From Trichosphaerium sp. ATCC 40318 (Eukaryota > Protista > Tubulinea), in the NCBI GenBank assembly GCA_038496445.1, contig JALMLS010000159.1, positions 53,084 through 117,083 of the forward strand: 64,000 bases of DNA, given 5' to 3'. Shown here one piece after another: positions 26,223 to 38,800 of this stretch. The notes under the pieces are model-generated. The model had not been told where the DNA came from, did no database searches, and saw only the letters and a program-made list of their open reading frames with translations. The number at the start of each line of letters is the position of its first letter. Position 1 is the first letter of the stretch. The translations under genes and the position numbers were made by a program.

Positions 26223-27449
26223 CTATTCGTCTGGCCAATCGTCTTCATCTTCTGAAGAATCTATACCATTCCTACGAGATCTTAATTTACTCTTCATATG
26301 CATTATATGCTCTGCTTTTTCATCAACATCATCCAAATCAATATCTTTTTCCAAGTCGATTACTGCAAGTTTTTTACCTTCAGCATGAGCAATGTATAAC
26401 TTGTATCTATCTGAAGTAATAGCTGTTATACTATTCAATCTTATATCAGTTTTTAATGCAACTCTCATTGTCATATCAAACTCAGTAATCCATGAAATGT
26501 AAATACGAGATTTAAGAAAAATATAAGGTTCAACAAAAACACTTGTTCCATCTGGTAACAAACAAAACGTTGTATCATGTAATACTTCAGGTTTAGCTAA
26601 TCTTAAATGAATAATTGAGAAACTTATAGAGGAGCCATCATCTTCCCTGTTTACTTTGAAAATAGATGTGCTCATTCCCTAGGTTTTGATTGAGAATCCA
26701 AAAACAGAATTCAATAGAACTCCACAAAAAAAAAAATCACTGAATCTTTGGCTTCATGAAGGCCACAATAAGTAGTTATGTGGCTTTTGAACAAATCAAA
26801 GCAAAATAAAAGCTGTATGGAAAAGATCCTGACAGAAAACATATTGACACGTGTTGCGACAGGTCAAAACAAGCTGAGTCATTTTTTTTGATCAACCAAA
26901 AAAAAAAACACAAGTGCACACTGTGTTATCCCGTACGGTTTGTTTTAGTACCACGTGTCTATCCAATACACCTATTTGTGTTACTGCTCGAAAAGTGTTT
27001 CCGAAGGGCTTAAGAGAAGGGCATTGGCAGTACGATAGTTGATCATTTCCGTTATCTTTAACAGTCCCAACAAACATGCCAAATTTACGAACCAAAACCA
27101 GCTAAAAACTGTTAATTATTGACTTTCAAAGCGACAGAGCGCGTACTCTGCCATCTGACAGTACAGCAAGCGCAGAAATTGGACTTCTTTCTAAATCAGC
27201 TACAACCACCTCCTGTACGTCTTTCTTGACTCCTATAAACGCGATATTAGACTCGCAAGTACAAAAACTCGTTAAAATGGTTTAAACACATACACCCCAA
27301 ACACGAGTTGTCTTAAACGCCTCATACCAACCACGGCATACCAGATTAAGCCCGTGCAAGCTTTTTTTTGAAAGATATTTACAAATCATGTACAAAAGCT
27401 CGTAAGGTATTTCATTAAAGCCTATTTCCTCAATTTGTTGTAATGACAT
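26223..27449 (-). CDS. F-box protein (5 exons)
   Basis: MSLQQIEEIGFNEIPYELLYMICKYLSKKSLHGLNLVCRGWYEAF is an F-box; splices in frame into ORF 26223-26675. Confidence 0.75.
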
Positions 27450-27770
27450 GCTGGGTTATGTTTTTTGAGTTTATTTCTCGCATTGGATTCAGAGAAATGC
27501 GGCCAAGTCTTTCAAGCACAACGTCAAGTTTCCGAAAGGAACTGTTTTTAGTTTCGAAAAAAACCGAAAACAGCCGGCTGCTAGTCAACTTGTTTTCTCT
27601 TCAATAAAGGACCAGGCACTATGGATCCTTCCGTCAATGTAAAACTTGCTATTTTACAAATACAGTGGTTGTTTATTGTTACATTACGTCTGTTAAATGA
27701 CTAACATATAAAGAGAGCAAGTGCTGTTAAAATGGCTTCAGAATTGTTTGGTTTTTTTTTTTGTCTGTTT

Positions 27771-29719
27771 TTAAGACAGGTCTGAAGTGAGGCGTTTTGC
27801 AAGTTTGACAATATGTTTCCTTGCTCTATTTCTTGGTTGACGTTCACCAATAATAAGTAAAAGATCATCAGCAAGTTTAAGTGTTGTATTAGTCTCTGAT
27901 TGAATTCTTTTAATCTCTTTTCCACGCTCTTTAACAAGAGACTTTATGAAATCCTTTTTGATGTTCTCTGGAATTGTATACTCAAAAATACCTATGAAAA
28001 ACTTAGATTATAATAACACTCTAACTCGGGTATCAAAATGAAAAAAAAAGACAAATGGCTTGGAGTAGTTAGAGATGTTTCTGGTTTCTTAATTTATTCT
28101 TAAAAAACGTACCCATTTCAGAAACCATTTTTTCAAAGATTTCCTTGGCTTTGGCAACATTTTCTTTTGTACCTACAAGCTCTATACGGAGTGTGTCCTT
28201 AAGAACAAGGATAGTACGAACACCACAGGAAGCCTTTATCTTTGAAATATTGCTCGCATTTGGTCCCAAAATACCCGGAGCGAATTGAGCGTCTGGTATA
28301 CTCAAGAAATCGCGGAAGTACTCCAATCCAATATCTAGGAAAAATTTAATATTATAGAAGGGCGAAAACCAAAAACGAAGAAAAAGGATATGCGTCAAGT
28401 AAAAAGACTTTTTCAAATGTTCAAAAAAATAAAGTTTTTTTGACGTACTTTCAATATCTTTTTTGAGTTCATTGTATACTCCTTCAGATGCTATTACAGT
28501 CAAATCTGGATAAAATCTAATTCCGCATGTGGTTTGAGAATACTTTTCACTTCGAAGCAACTCATCAACACGCTCTAAAACCAAAAAATAATGAGTAAAA
28601 GAAATATGAAAAATACAAAGTCTTTGTGTGACACAAATGAGACTAACATGACGTACTTTTTGGTGCTTTTAATTCTACAAAGTTAATAGGTGGTCTCTCT
28701 TTGAATTTTTGAAAATGGGTTTGTATGAGGCGTGCTACAGATGGAACTTTGTTTGTTGGACCAACAATAATGATAGCTCCAGCGTTTCGGTTAAGGCGTA
28801 ATTCCACAGAGTATGTCGCCTCAATGCTTTTCTTTTTAATACTGTTAACAACACAAGGAAGTCTTTTAAGGTTGCCAGGAATATTAACAACCTCAGAGCT
28901 CTTTCCTTTGAGTTGTTCAAAAATCAATTTTTTTGCCTACAATCAGAAAAAATTAGTTTCAAACGCAACGAATTATCTATTTCACTTACATGATTAACGC
29001 GTGGAGTATAGCCCTCGATGACCAAATAATCACCTTCTAGACTATAACAATGTTAAAACCCAGGATAGATAACCGAGAGAGGAGAAAACAACAAAAAATT
29101 CCAAGTGTTTTTTTCAATTCGAAACGCTCAACGCCGTCGTACTGTAAAGTGTCAACATGACTTGAGATACGAATTGCAGAGAAGCCACTACCATTAGGAC
29201 CAATAACAGAGCCTGTTGAGTATGTTAAACGGGTAAATAAGCTCGTTAAGAGACGTACGAATAATGTGGCGGTTAACCTTTTGCATGTCGCGAATTTTAA
29301 CCATATCATCGCTTGGCTTAGGTACTGATGCGTATCCAGCGGTTGTTTCGTCAAGAACGGCGTAAGGATTATTTCTTTTGAGGTACATCTCGCCACCATC
29401 AGCGCTATGGCTTTTACCGCCTAATCAACGCGTCAGAACAAACAATAGCGAAAACCCGTTGTAACACAAATCCTTACCAGTAGTAGAACCTCCAGTGTAT
29501 TCGCTGCTCACAAGGCGATCAAAAGGCTTATTTTTTACCCGTTTGCGTTGTTTTCTTTTAAAGCGCTTCTCACGAAGTTTTAGAATAGCTATTTTATCTT
29601 CATACTCTTCCTGAGACGTTTTAGGGCATGTAGTACTCAAATCAGCGTATTACCTTCTGCATTATCCCTTCGCTATACAAATCAGCTACTCTAGCACGCT
29701 CCGCCCTTATACTATCCAT
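27771..29719 (-). CDS. Multi-KH-domain RNA-binding protein
   Basis: GSVIGPNGSGFSAIR and GILGPNASNISKIK (GxxG-type loops), LRIELVGTKENVAKAKEIF, further degenerate KH exons. Confidence 0.75.
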
Positions 29720-30037
29720 TGTTGCTCTGATTTGACAATTGAATGAATAAAGAAACCACTATTACAAAAACTTGAAATTTCGCACTTTTTCGGTTGTAAT
29801 CAGTGAATTGTTCTGGTCATGCTTTTTATTTTGCCTATTTTCGTACTCAACATCAAGTACACATGATAGTACAACTCAGACGTAAATATCGCTTATCACG
29901 TGGCATCTACCAACCGAAAAACGAAGGTTTAGGCCCATACGTGCAACTCCAATGTTAGGTAATGCACTGCAGTTTAGAATGCGATAGGCGATAAAAAACC
30001 GTAAGACTTGAAATATTTGCTTTATTTAAGTACTACT

Positions 30038-31088
30038 TCAGCGTTTTGATAGTATTGCGTAAACATTCAAGAACTACAAACCACTGTCAAAAAAGGAAAA
30101 GTACAGCTTTTAGCACGTACAAAACACAAAGGAATCCAAGCAAACTTAGCCATTGTATGAACAGTAGCGCTTGTGTAGATAACATTACGTTTAAATTGAT
30201 GTCTAGCCATCAACCAAAACAACGCATAAGCTATAACACCGGAGTAATACAAACATACTAATCCCATAGTACTCCATTTTTTAAACTTCGGATTTGTTCT
30301 TGCAATTATACAATAACAAACGACTGTATATCCGATAGCAGTATAATATGCGTCACCAATCACAAACAGTATACTATAACCTTGAAAATAATAATAATTA
30401 GGGCGTAAATAAATGAGTATTGGGGAGTGTAGTCATGACGAGAAGATGTGCAAAAAAGATACAAAAAAAATGCTAAAAAATCCTCGAATTTCACTTTAGT
30501 TTTCGCGCCAACAACCCCGAAAATAGATTAATGCAGAGCAGTGAACGTTTAATACGTACCACTACTTCCTAGGTGATACCAGAAGAGCATAGATACCTCC
30601 GAAATACAAATTGCATAGACGCAAACAAGCGGTAGTAGTACTATAAGTACGCCACGTATAATAGACAACCTGGATGATTCTTTAAGGCTCTCATCGTTCA
30701 ATACCGCTTCGTAATGGTAGTCTGTTGAATTTATAAAATTCTCTATATTTATAGTCATTGGTATACCACCAAACTGACAACCTAAGTACGACGTAAATAG
30801 ACAAACAAGAAAAATAATAAAATAAGGACAAAATTCTCAAAAAAATGAAAATACCTAGTTTTCGTGCAAATCGCTTCAATGTTACGAATAACCAACATAG
30901 CACTGATATCTGAGTTGTAATTGTTACTGAGAGAAGAGTAACTGATAAAATATTGAACCACATAGGACGTTCTGACCAAATAGTCTCCGAGTCTCCTTTT
31001 TACCTTTTTAGCTGTTTACTTGTAATGCACTACGAGTAGTAGCTTTTACTTGGACAGATATTTACTCACCTAACGTAGCATTGTGCAT
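30038..31088 (-). CDS. Multi-pass membrane protein of unknown function
   Basis: Exons join in frame: MHNATL...WFNILSVTLLSV...GVLIVLLPLVCVYAICI...YTAIGYTVVCYCII...; about 5 hydrophobic segments. Confidence 0.55.
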
Positions 31089-31249
31089 TTTTTCTCACGT
31101 TTAAAGCAGGTATTCTGTTCCTAAATACAAACCGAAGGTGCAGTATGTTGACAGCGAACTTAACTAAAGTTGTCATTAAGTTGCATCAGCTACATATGTA
31201 TCAATTAGTTCAGTTATGTCCTAAAGTATAGCTATAACGTGGATTTTCC

Positions 31250-31620
31250 ATGGTTTATCATCAACCGACAATTCCTATGCTTTTAGTTGTCCATTGTCAT
31301 ACCACTCTGTTTATTTGTCATCTTTTTTATTATCAATCCACATGCCTTGTGATTTAAGTTGTCCATTCTCATACCATTCTTTGGATTCACCATTTCGTTT
31401 ACCATCAACTACCATGTATTGTATCTTGAGCTTGTTGGTCTTATACCACCCTGACTCAAACCATTCTTTACACAGTCGCGAAGTTGTACTTTGCCATTTT
31501 TGTACCATTTGATCCATTTTCCTTTCTTTTCTAGTGCTTCATCAAAATGTGTATTGATTGCTGCTCTCTTTGATAGTGTATGGAATTTTGTAAATGCTTC
31601 AACATTGAAAGTGCAGATAT
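31250..31620 (-). pseudogene. Truncated, frameshifted copy of the 12223-12973 MORN gene
   Basis: 31478-31619 is nearly identical to 12781-12922; then frameshift and stops; F-box start missing. Confidence 0.85.
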
Positions 31621-31911
31621 CAGGTAAATATGAAAAAGTCACGATGTTGAATGGCAAAAACTACGAAAAAAACCAAGGTGTCGCATTACAATGTGCATTT
31701 CCACAAACTTACACAAGGCAAAACCAATTTTATTTAATTACTAGTCAGTACACAAAACCATAACTGTAACGCTTGGACAAATAAAAATCATTGATTGAGT
31801 TGGTGATGAATTAGCAATGTGGTTCTCTCTCAAGTTACGATTCATCAATTTGGGCAACAAGTTCTTGTCATCATTGCACTAGATGCATCTTTTTTCAGGG
31901 TAAACTGGATA

Positions 31912-32230
31912 TTAAATTCGAACTACCACTGAGGCATCTCTTAGTGCTTGAACACATTCATCTGTCACATTCCTACAATAAAAAAGAGAAATAGTATGAA
32001 CATTGTTGAGTGCTTTAACACCTTCATCTGTAACTGAAGTATTGCTGAGGTCAATATTATGCACACCATTTAACACTTTGATTCCTTCATCCGTTATAGA
32101 GCACCCATCAAGATCAATTGTATGGATACCTTGAAGTGCTTCGATGCCGTCATCTGTAGCACAAGTGTTTCGAAGCTTGAGGGTATGGACGCCAGAAAGT
32201 GCTTCAATACCCTCATCTTGGACAATATCT
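31912..32230 (-). pseudogene. Intronless leucine-rich-repeat fragment (5' end unclear)
   Basis: Four ~21-aa repeats: DEGIEALSGVHTLKLRNT / TDDGIEALQGIHTIDLDGC / TDEGIKVLNGVHNIDLSNT / TDEGVKALNNVHTISLFYC. Confidence 0.65.
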
Positions 32231-32468
32231 CATATTAATGACTAAAATGTAATATGAGGATGAAATTACGGCTTTTCTCAATTTGATTTGATTTGCTACC
32301 TGCTTTAGTCCACATGGGTATCTTTATCGATATAAGTCTGAAATTGATATTTGTAGTGCAGAGTAGTAGCATTAAATAAAATATTTTTTCACAAGGAGTA
32401 CTCTGTCATGTTAATGTACCATATATTTGCATTAACAGTACGTGATCTTCATATTAAATAATGTTTTA

Positions 32469-35400
32469 TTAAGGTACATCAACATCCATATCATCACTCT
32501 TCTTTTCTCCTCTTACAAACTTAAGTAACATACTAGGTATACTAAGTTCGCCTTGTGAAAAAGAAATATTATTTAAGTGAGTAAAGATCTTTGACTTTAT
32601 CGACTGTATCTTCTCTTTAGATGATAATTTATCATCTAAAGGTGTTTGTAGAATATCGAAAATATGTCCTTTGTTTAGCATATATATGTATTCTTCAAGA
32701 ATATCAACATCTGGTGGAGTTAAAGCCAAAAAAAAAAAAAGAAAAGGGAAGATGAGAAAAAAGTAAGAAAATTTACAAAGAGTTTATACTCTAACGGATA
32801 CTGTAAATATGATTGAAGAAATCTTTGAATTGGAAATCAAGCGCAAGAGATCTGTTAACATAAATAAGCAAATAATCCAATAAAAGGAAAAATTACAAGA
32901 GTAAAATAACGAAAAAACCAAGCAAGTTTTTCATAGTTTGTTAGCACATGCATCTACTTTTTCATTTAAAAAGCGTTTACCTGAAATCACTTTGAAATAC
33001 AGGCCACTTAAACTGCATAAGAACAAGAGCTCTCTTTTTATCTCCTATTCTCAAGAAACAACCTATAACTTCAATAAATACAACACCGAGAAAATGACAC
33101 TTTATAAAAATTCCAGAGAATAATATTTGTTGGTAGATTTGTTTTGTTTCGTTCTGATGTACGTACGTATCAAGTAATATAATGCATGATAGACAATATC
33201 CTCCTGTGTTAATGGACTCATTGTAAGCGATTGAGATTGCCATGCTTGTTTTTTTAAGAGCTCAGAGCGATTTACTCGGTGCATGCATGTATCAAGAGAT
33301 ACACTAGACAAAACAGATAACAGCTGGTTTTTACCATTCTAAAGCAACACCAGTCAGCAAGAAACAATAAAAATCACGCCTGTAGGAATACACATAACGT
33401 AGAGGATAACCTCATCAATAAGACAGAGGCGATGGATTAAAAAAAAACATACCTGAATGTCACCTTGTTTGCAAAGACATAAAGCAATTTGAATCTTAAG
33501 TTTGAAAGGAAGAATATCCTTAAAATGCAAAGCATTGAACCCAGTGAATATACCTGGTGTATTTTCTGACAAGAATAGCGTTAAATAATACTGAATTAAG
33601 TCACTGTATGCATATGCATAGAAAGTTAAACTCGAAGCAAAATGAAAAATTCAAAAAAACAAAAAGAAAATGTTGTGCAATTACGAACCATAGCTCTCTC
33701 TTTCTGTGAGTAAGGTCGTTAACATTGTTTGTGCTTGTGCATATTTACCCTACAGAAGGTTATTGGTTTACCATTTTATAGAGATAGAAACGAACAAGTC
33801 AATTTCAACAAAGTTGAGCAGACTTTTTACGCACGCCAAAAAGATGTATATCTACTGTAACAAAATGAAGCCATATCCATGCATTTGATTTTATATTATG
33901 TGTATTCTCAAATGACATCATCTTTGATTCAAAATTTTGAGATTGAAGCAACTATAACAAGGAACTCAGGACAAATATGCAACGAGAAATTTTTGGGTGC
34001 AGAAAAAAAAAAGTCGTATAAACACGTGCGTCCCACGCCATTGTTATCAATTCCATTTCCATTAAAACTAAACATACGTATTAATTGCAAATAAGAGCCA
34101 TGTATAATGACTATGAAGCTACGCAATAACGTTCTTAAAGTGACAAAAAAAAAGTGCGAGATGGCTTCGTTAAAAGAAAAAAAAAAAGAAACACATACGT
34201 TTTTGAGAGTCTTCATCTGCTTCTACTATTGAACTTGCATGTTTTTTATAATCTTTTCTTATCTTAGATTTCGTATCACTACTACTATTCCTCTACTTAT
34301 TGTAAGTACCAAGAAATTAAACAAAAAAAAAAGCCAAAAAAAAAAAAGAACAACTATAAAGTTGAAGCACTTGTTCATAGAACCTGCTTGCTAGGTGACC
34401 ATATTTTTAACAAAAATAATTCTATAATACTAAAAAAATCGAGAGCATGCGTAGAGGAATTGAAAGAATAAAAAAAGAGGCAGAAGAGGGTACCTTTTTA
34501 ACAATCAATTTCAACCTTTGTGCTTTTTTTTTAGCTCCATCAAGATTTGCCAAAAGCACATATCCAAAATCTGATGTAGCTCCTGAAATACCTTGAAAAT
34601 ACTCCCAAGACATTAATAAGTATAACCCCAATAATAGTTGAAAAGCTAGATAATGTTCATCCAAAAGCAAGACTCCATTTTGAGGTTTTCTCCAATCGCC
34701 TTTTTGAGATTTTTTTTTAATAGCAGTAAGGAGTTGTCTCTTTAACTTTATATCAATTGTCTCTGTGAATGAATCACCCTTAGATTTAGGTCTACCAGAT
34801 ATCTCAATAAAGGGAGCAAGCATATTATCTTGGTTGACCTTATCAAGGTTCATCAGTTTAGCTACAACATTAACAAACTTTTTCCATTCCTTTCTTGCAA
34901 TGAAACATTGTGAAGCGCTTGAGAACACATGTTGACATATTGATGCATTCTCAGGTGATTGATGACTAAGCCATTGGTTCAATGTATGGTCAAGGCAGTG
35001 TTTAGCTAAGAATCAAGGTAAGAAACGCCAAATACTTAAAGCCAAAGCAAAACAAGTTGTGGCTTTAGAAGTTTTTTAATCCCTGCCGTATTCTCATTGT
35101 ATCGTACCTAAGAAGCTACTCTCAACTGATAAAGGTATTCTAGAGTTCGTAGTTGATAAACAGTACTCTCTTGCGGCATCCTAAGGATCACTTACTAAGC
35201 TACTAAGACAGTTTGCTGGTTCATTGAATTTTGCAAAAAATGTGGCGTACAAGTGTCTCTGATCGCGAGCGGGTATCTTGTAGAAGTAGTACAAATAAAG
35301 GGAGTACTAGGTGAGGGGCTTTTTGTTGAGCGTAAACGATCTACAAGAGTGTCAGACGTTTTTTAAAAAAATGGTTTAATTATTTGTTGTTTGGTACCTC

Positions 35401-35738
35401 TGAACGTAATATTTGTGGTAACGCTGGTTTAGAGACGTTATTTATAAAGTGCGTTGAAACGTCAATATCATATTTTAGTTCTGCTTCATGTACAGCGTTG
35501 TACTCTTCGTAAGTCGCCAGTAAAGGCTCGAGGAGGTCAATAACTTGTTGTGATAGCTGCTCTGTTTGATTTTTGGCTTCAAATCTAACAATGTCATTAG
35601 AAATAGCGTAGTTCAATACCCATACGCGGTTTGAACTACATGGCCTATAGTGTTCCAATTTCCTTTGGCTATTGCATCTTCTAGCTAGCTAATGATCAAT
35701 AATGCGATTATTAGCAACAAGCTCACCGTATCTGCCAT
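32469..35738 (-). CDS. Large helical-repeat protein, possibly Integrator subunit 10-like
   Basis: Multi-exon from MADT|LEDAIAKGNW; C-terminal ALVLMQFKWP and DVDILEEYIYM resemble the INTS10 C-terminus as I recall it; not confirmed by alignment. Confidence 0.5.
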
Positions 35739-35847
35739 TCGCGCTGCTTTTCCGTACAATTGAGCGCTTAAAACTACTCTCGTCAAAACGAGTAAAACGA
35801 TCTGCCTGCTTGATTTAGACTTACTTCTACTATTCACGCTAAACACC
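35739..35847. promoter_or_regulatory. Compact bidirectional promoter region
   Basis: Only 109 bp separate the predicted divergent ATGs at 35738 (-) and 35848 (+). Confidence 0.45.
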
Positions 35848-38800
35848 ATGTCTTGTTGTGGCAAGCGTGGAGCTGAAGACCTCGGTACTGACTGGATGGA
35901 TATGGAAGCACTCCTAGAAGACCTGGATGAGTTACCAGCAGAGCTCGCAGAGATGGGCGGGCTTGAAGCTCTCGCTGAAAAATTGGATACGGACCTACAA
36001 AATGGTATATCGGATGAGAGTACAGATATTGATACTAGAAAGTACAAGTATCCTTTTAGCGCCGTAAAATCTCCATTAACATACTTTTTACAAAACGACC
36101 CAAAACTAGATGGGTATTGTCAAATAACCTCTAGATGCGCGTAATTACGCTCCTTGATTGTATAGCTACGGCGAAAACAGATTTCCAGAACCAGAGGCCA
36201 GAGGCATTATTTTATTGTTTCTAGACACGTTCAAGGACCCAATTCTCATTATTCTTATCGTTATTGCTATCTTTTCGCTTATCTTGGGTTTGGCTGTACC
36301 AGATGTATCGGGCTCACGTCGTTGCAATGACATTGTGTGCTACAAAATCAACCAAGTCGTTAGCGCCGGGGTTAGTGCTCTACAACTTGCGCTTTTTTTG
36401 ACAACTTTTTCGCGCTGATTTTACTGGTTAACCTTGTGGTGGCGTTGTAATCGCTAAATACGTTATAGGCTCCATACCCTCCTCCATGTCCTCAAGCTTT
36501 CGTTGAAGCATTGGACGGTCCATACATTTGCGATAGAGGGTTCAGTAACGCTTCGAGTACGTATTTATCTGTTTTCGGCGTATAAAGGCGCAAAACCTAA
36601 ACTCGCCTTTTTTGCAATCGTTGAGCCTAATGTATTGTAGATCCGTTAATATTTGCTGATTTTGCTCCGTTTTTCTTTACTCAAGAAAATCTGGACAAAT
36701 GCGAGGATCCAGACGATGATGATCTACGTGATGATATTATATCACTCACTGATCCAGTACGTTGCAAACAAGTCTTTTAAATAAATCTGAGTAGCGGTAG
36801 CTATCAACTTTGTTTTTTTCGCTTAAAATCGTTATGCGGTGCTTATAAAGTATCCCTAGGCGCTAGGATTTGCACCTACGTGTAATGAAAACGATCCAAT
36901 CGCACAAATATACAACACCTCCGTTGAACTTAAAAAGTGCGATAAAACAGTAGTCGAATCAAGCGAAGAAGCCAACGTAGAATGGATTGAAGGTTTGTAG
37001 AGCTTCAGCAACTCTTTTTTTCTCCTTTTTTTATTTCAGCTTTCTTTACGTCTACTACATCACAAGAGCCTTAAATACTTATGTGATATAGGTGTGGCTA
37101 TTCTTATTGCTGTATTGATTGTATCTACAGTAACTGCTGTCAATGATTGGCAGCAGGAGAGGCAATTTCGGTCATTAAGTCGTGATGCTTCAGATGTTGA
37201 TATTCGTGTAATCAGAAACGGTATTGAAGCTCTTATATCTATTCATGATGTCGTTGTTGGTGATATTGTTATTCTTGAGAGTGGCGCTGGTGTACCTGCA
37301 GATGGTATCTTCATCGAGGGAGACGGTATGGCGTGCATTCTTGTGTTTTGTGTTTTTGCTGTTTTTTCACTTTGTTGTGGTCTTGTCTTGCTCATTTTGT
37401 TCTAGATTTATACGTTGATATGTCAGCAATGAACGGAGAAGCTTTACCTTCTCAACGTAAGGAATCAAGACCTTTATTACAATGTGGAACGAAAGTTACT
37501 TCTGGTAATGGTAGAATGCTTGTATGCGCTGTAGGTGTTCATACTGAGTATGGTACGTACTAAACAACGAATCATAAATGGTAAGAACTTCGTTGACTGT
37601 TTATTTCAGGTAAAATTTTTTCGTCTTTGGCTCAAAAACCGCAAGAGACTCCTCTACAAGAGAAACTAAACTCATTGGCTCTTAATATTGGTTATCTTGG
37701 TACAGTAGCAGCTGTACTTGTTTTCATTGCTATGACAATCTGGTGGGCTATCACAGTCAATATCCTTAAAACTATTTTTTTTTGTCTTCTTCTGATCATT
37801 CAGAGAGCCTTGTTTTACGTATTTCTCCTTAATATCTTCACGTAAGTGCTTTAAAGCATCTAAACTAGCTGGTCTTTTGGATGCCTTCCTTATTGCTGTA
37901 ACAATCGTCGTAGTAGCTATTCCAGAAGGTTCGTTTTTTAAATATTTTTCTTTCCACCATTTACTGTGACTCTTTGATATTTTATTTGCTAAGACTTATA
38001 TTAGGTTTACCTCTCGCTGTAACAATTTCTCTTGCATACTCTATCAAACAAATGAAGAAAGGTATGCAATAGAAAGTGATAATCAGACGCCTAATAATGT
38101 TTTTTTGCACTAGATCAAAATTTGGTTCGTCATCTTGCTGCTTGTGAAACTATGGGTGGAGCCACTCAAATTTGCTCTGATAAGACAGGAACATTAACCG
38201 AGAACAGAATGACTGTTGTACAGGTATTGTTACATGAGTTTTCTTGCTTTATTCTTACTAATATGTCGTTTTTTCTTAAGGGACTCATTTGTGGTCGTGT
38301 TATCACTGAAGAGCATGTAAAAGAAGAAAACAGAAAAGCTTTGAAGAAAATGTTTCCAAAGAAATTGAGGAAGCTTATATGTCAGGGTATCAATCGTAAC
38401 TCAACTGTACGTTGATTTTAATGCAAGAAATCCTTTTTTTTCCAAAAGTTTTATTTTTGTGTCTGACTTGCTGCCACTCATTTCTATTTTTGGCTATTCG
38501 GTCTTTGAGTGTGTATTATTCTTTATTTTCTATCTTTATTTGCTATGCTCTCGTATCGTTTGTTGGTATTGATTATGACGTCGTTTAGGCTAGTTTTATT
38601 GTTAAGGACAATGATGGCAAGAAAATAACAAAGGATGTCATTGGTAATCCAACCGAGGGTGCTTTGATTATATTTGCTGATGCCCTTGGTTATCATTTTA
38701 AGAAGATGAGAGAAAAAGGACCAGAAAAGATCAAGACGTATCCACCAAAACGCCAAACTCCATTTTCTTTTTTTTTATTTTAGTACCAATGTTGTTTTTT

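Noticed and set aside
28381-28391. ATATCCTTTTT on the minus strand as another U12 donor
   Set aside because: It lies inside an ordinary GT-AG intron of the KH gene whose removal already keeps the frame.
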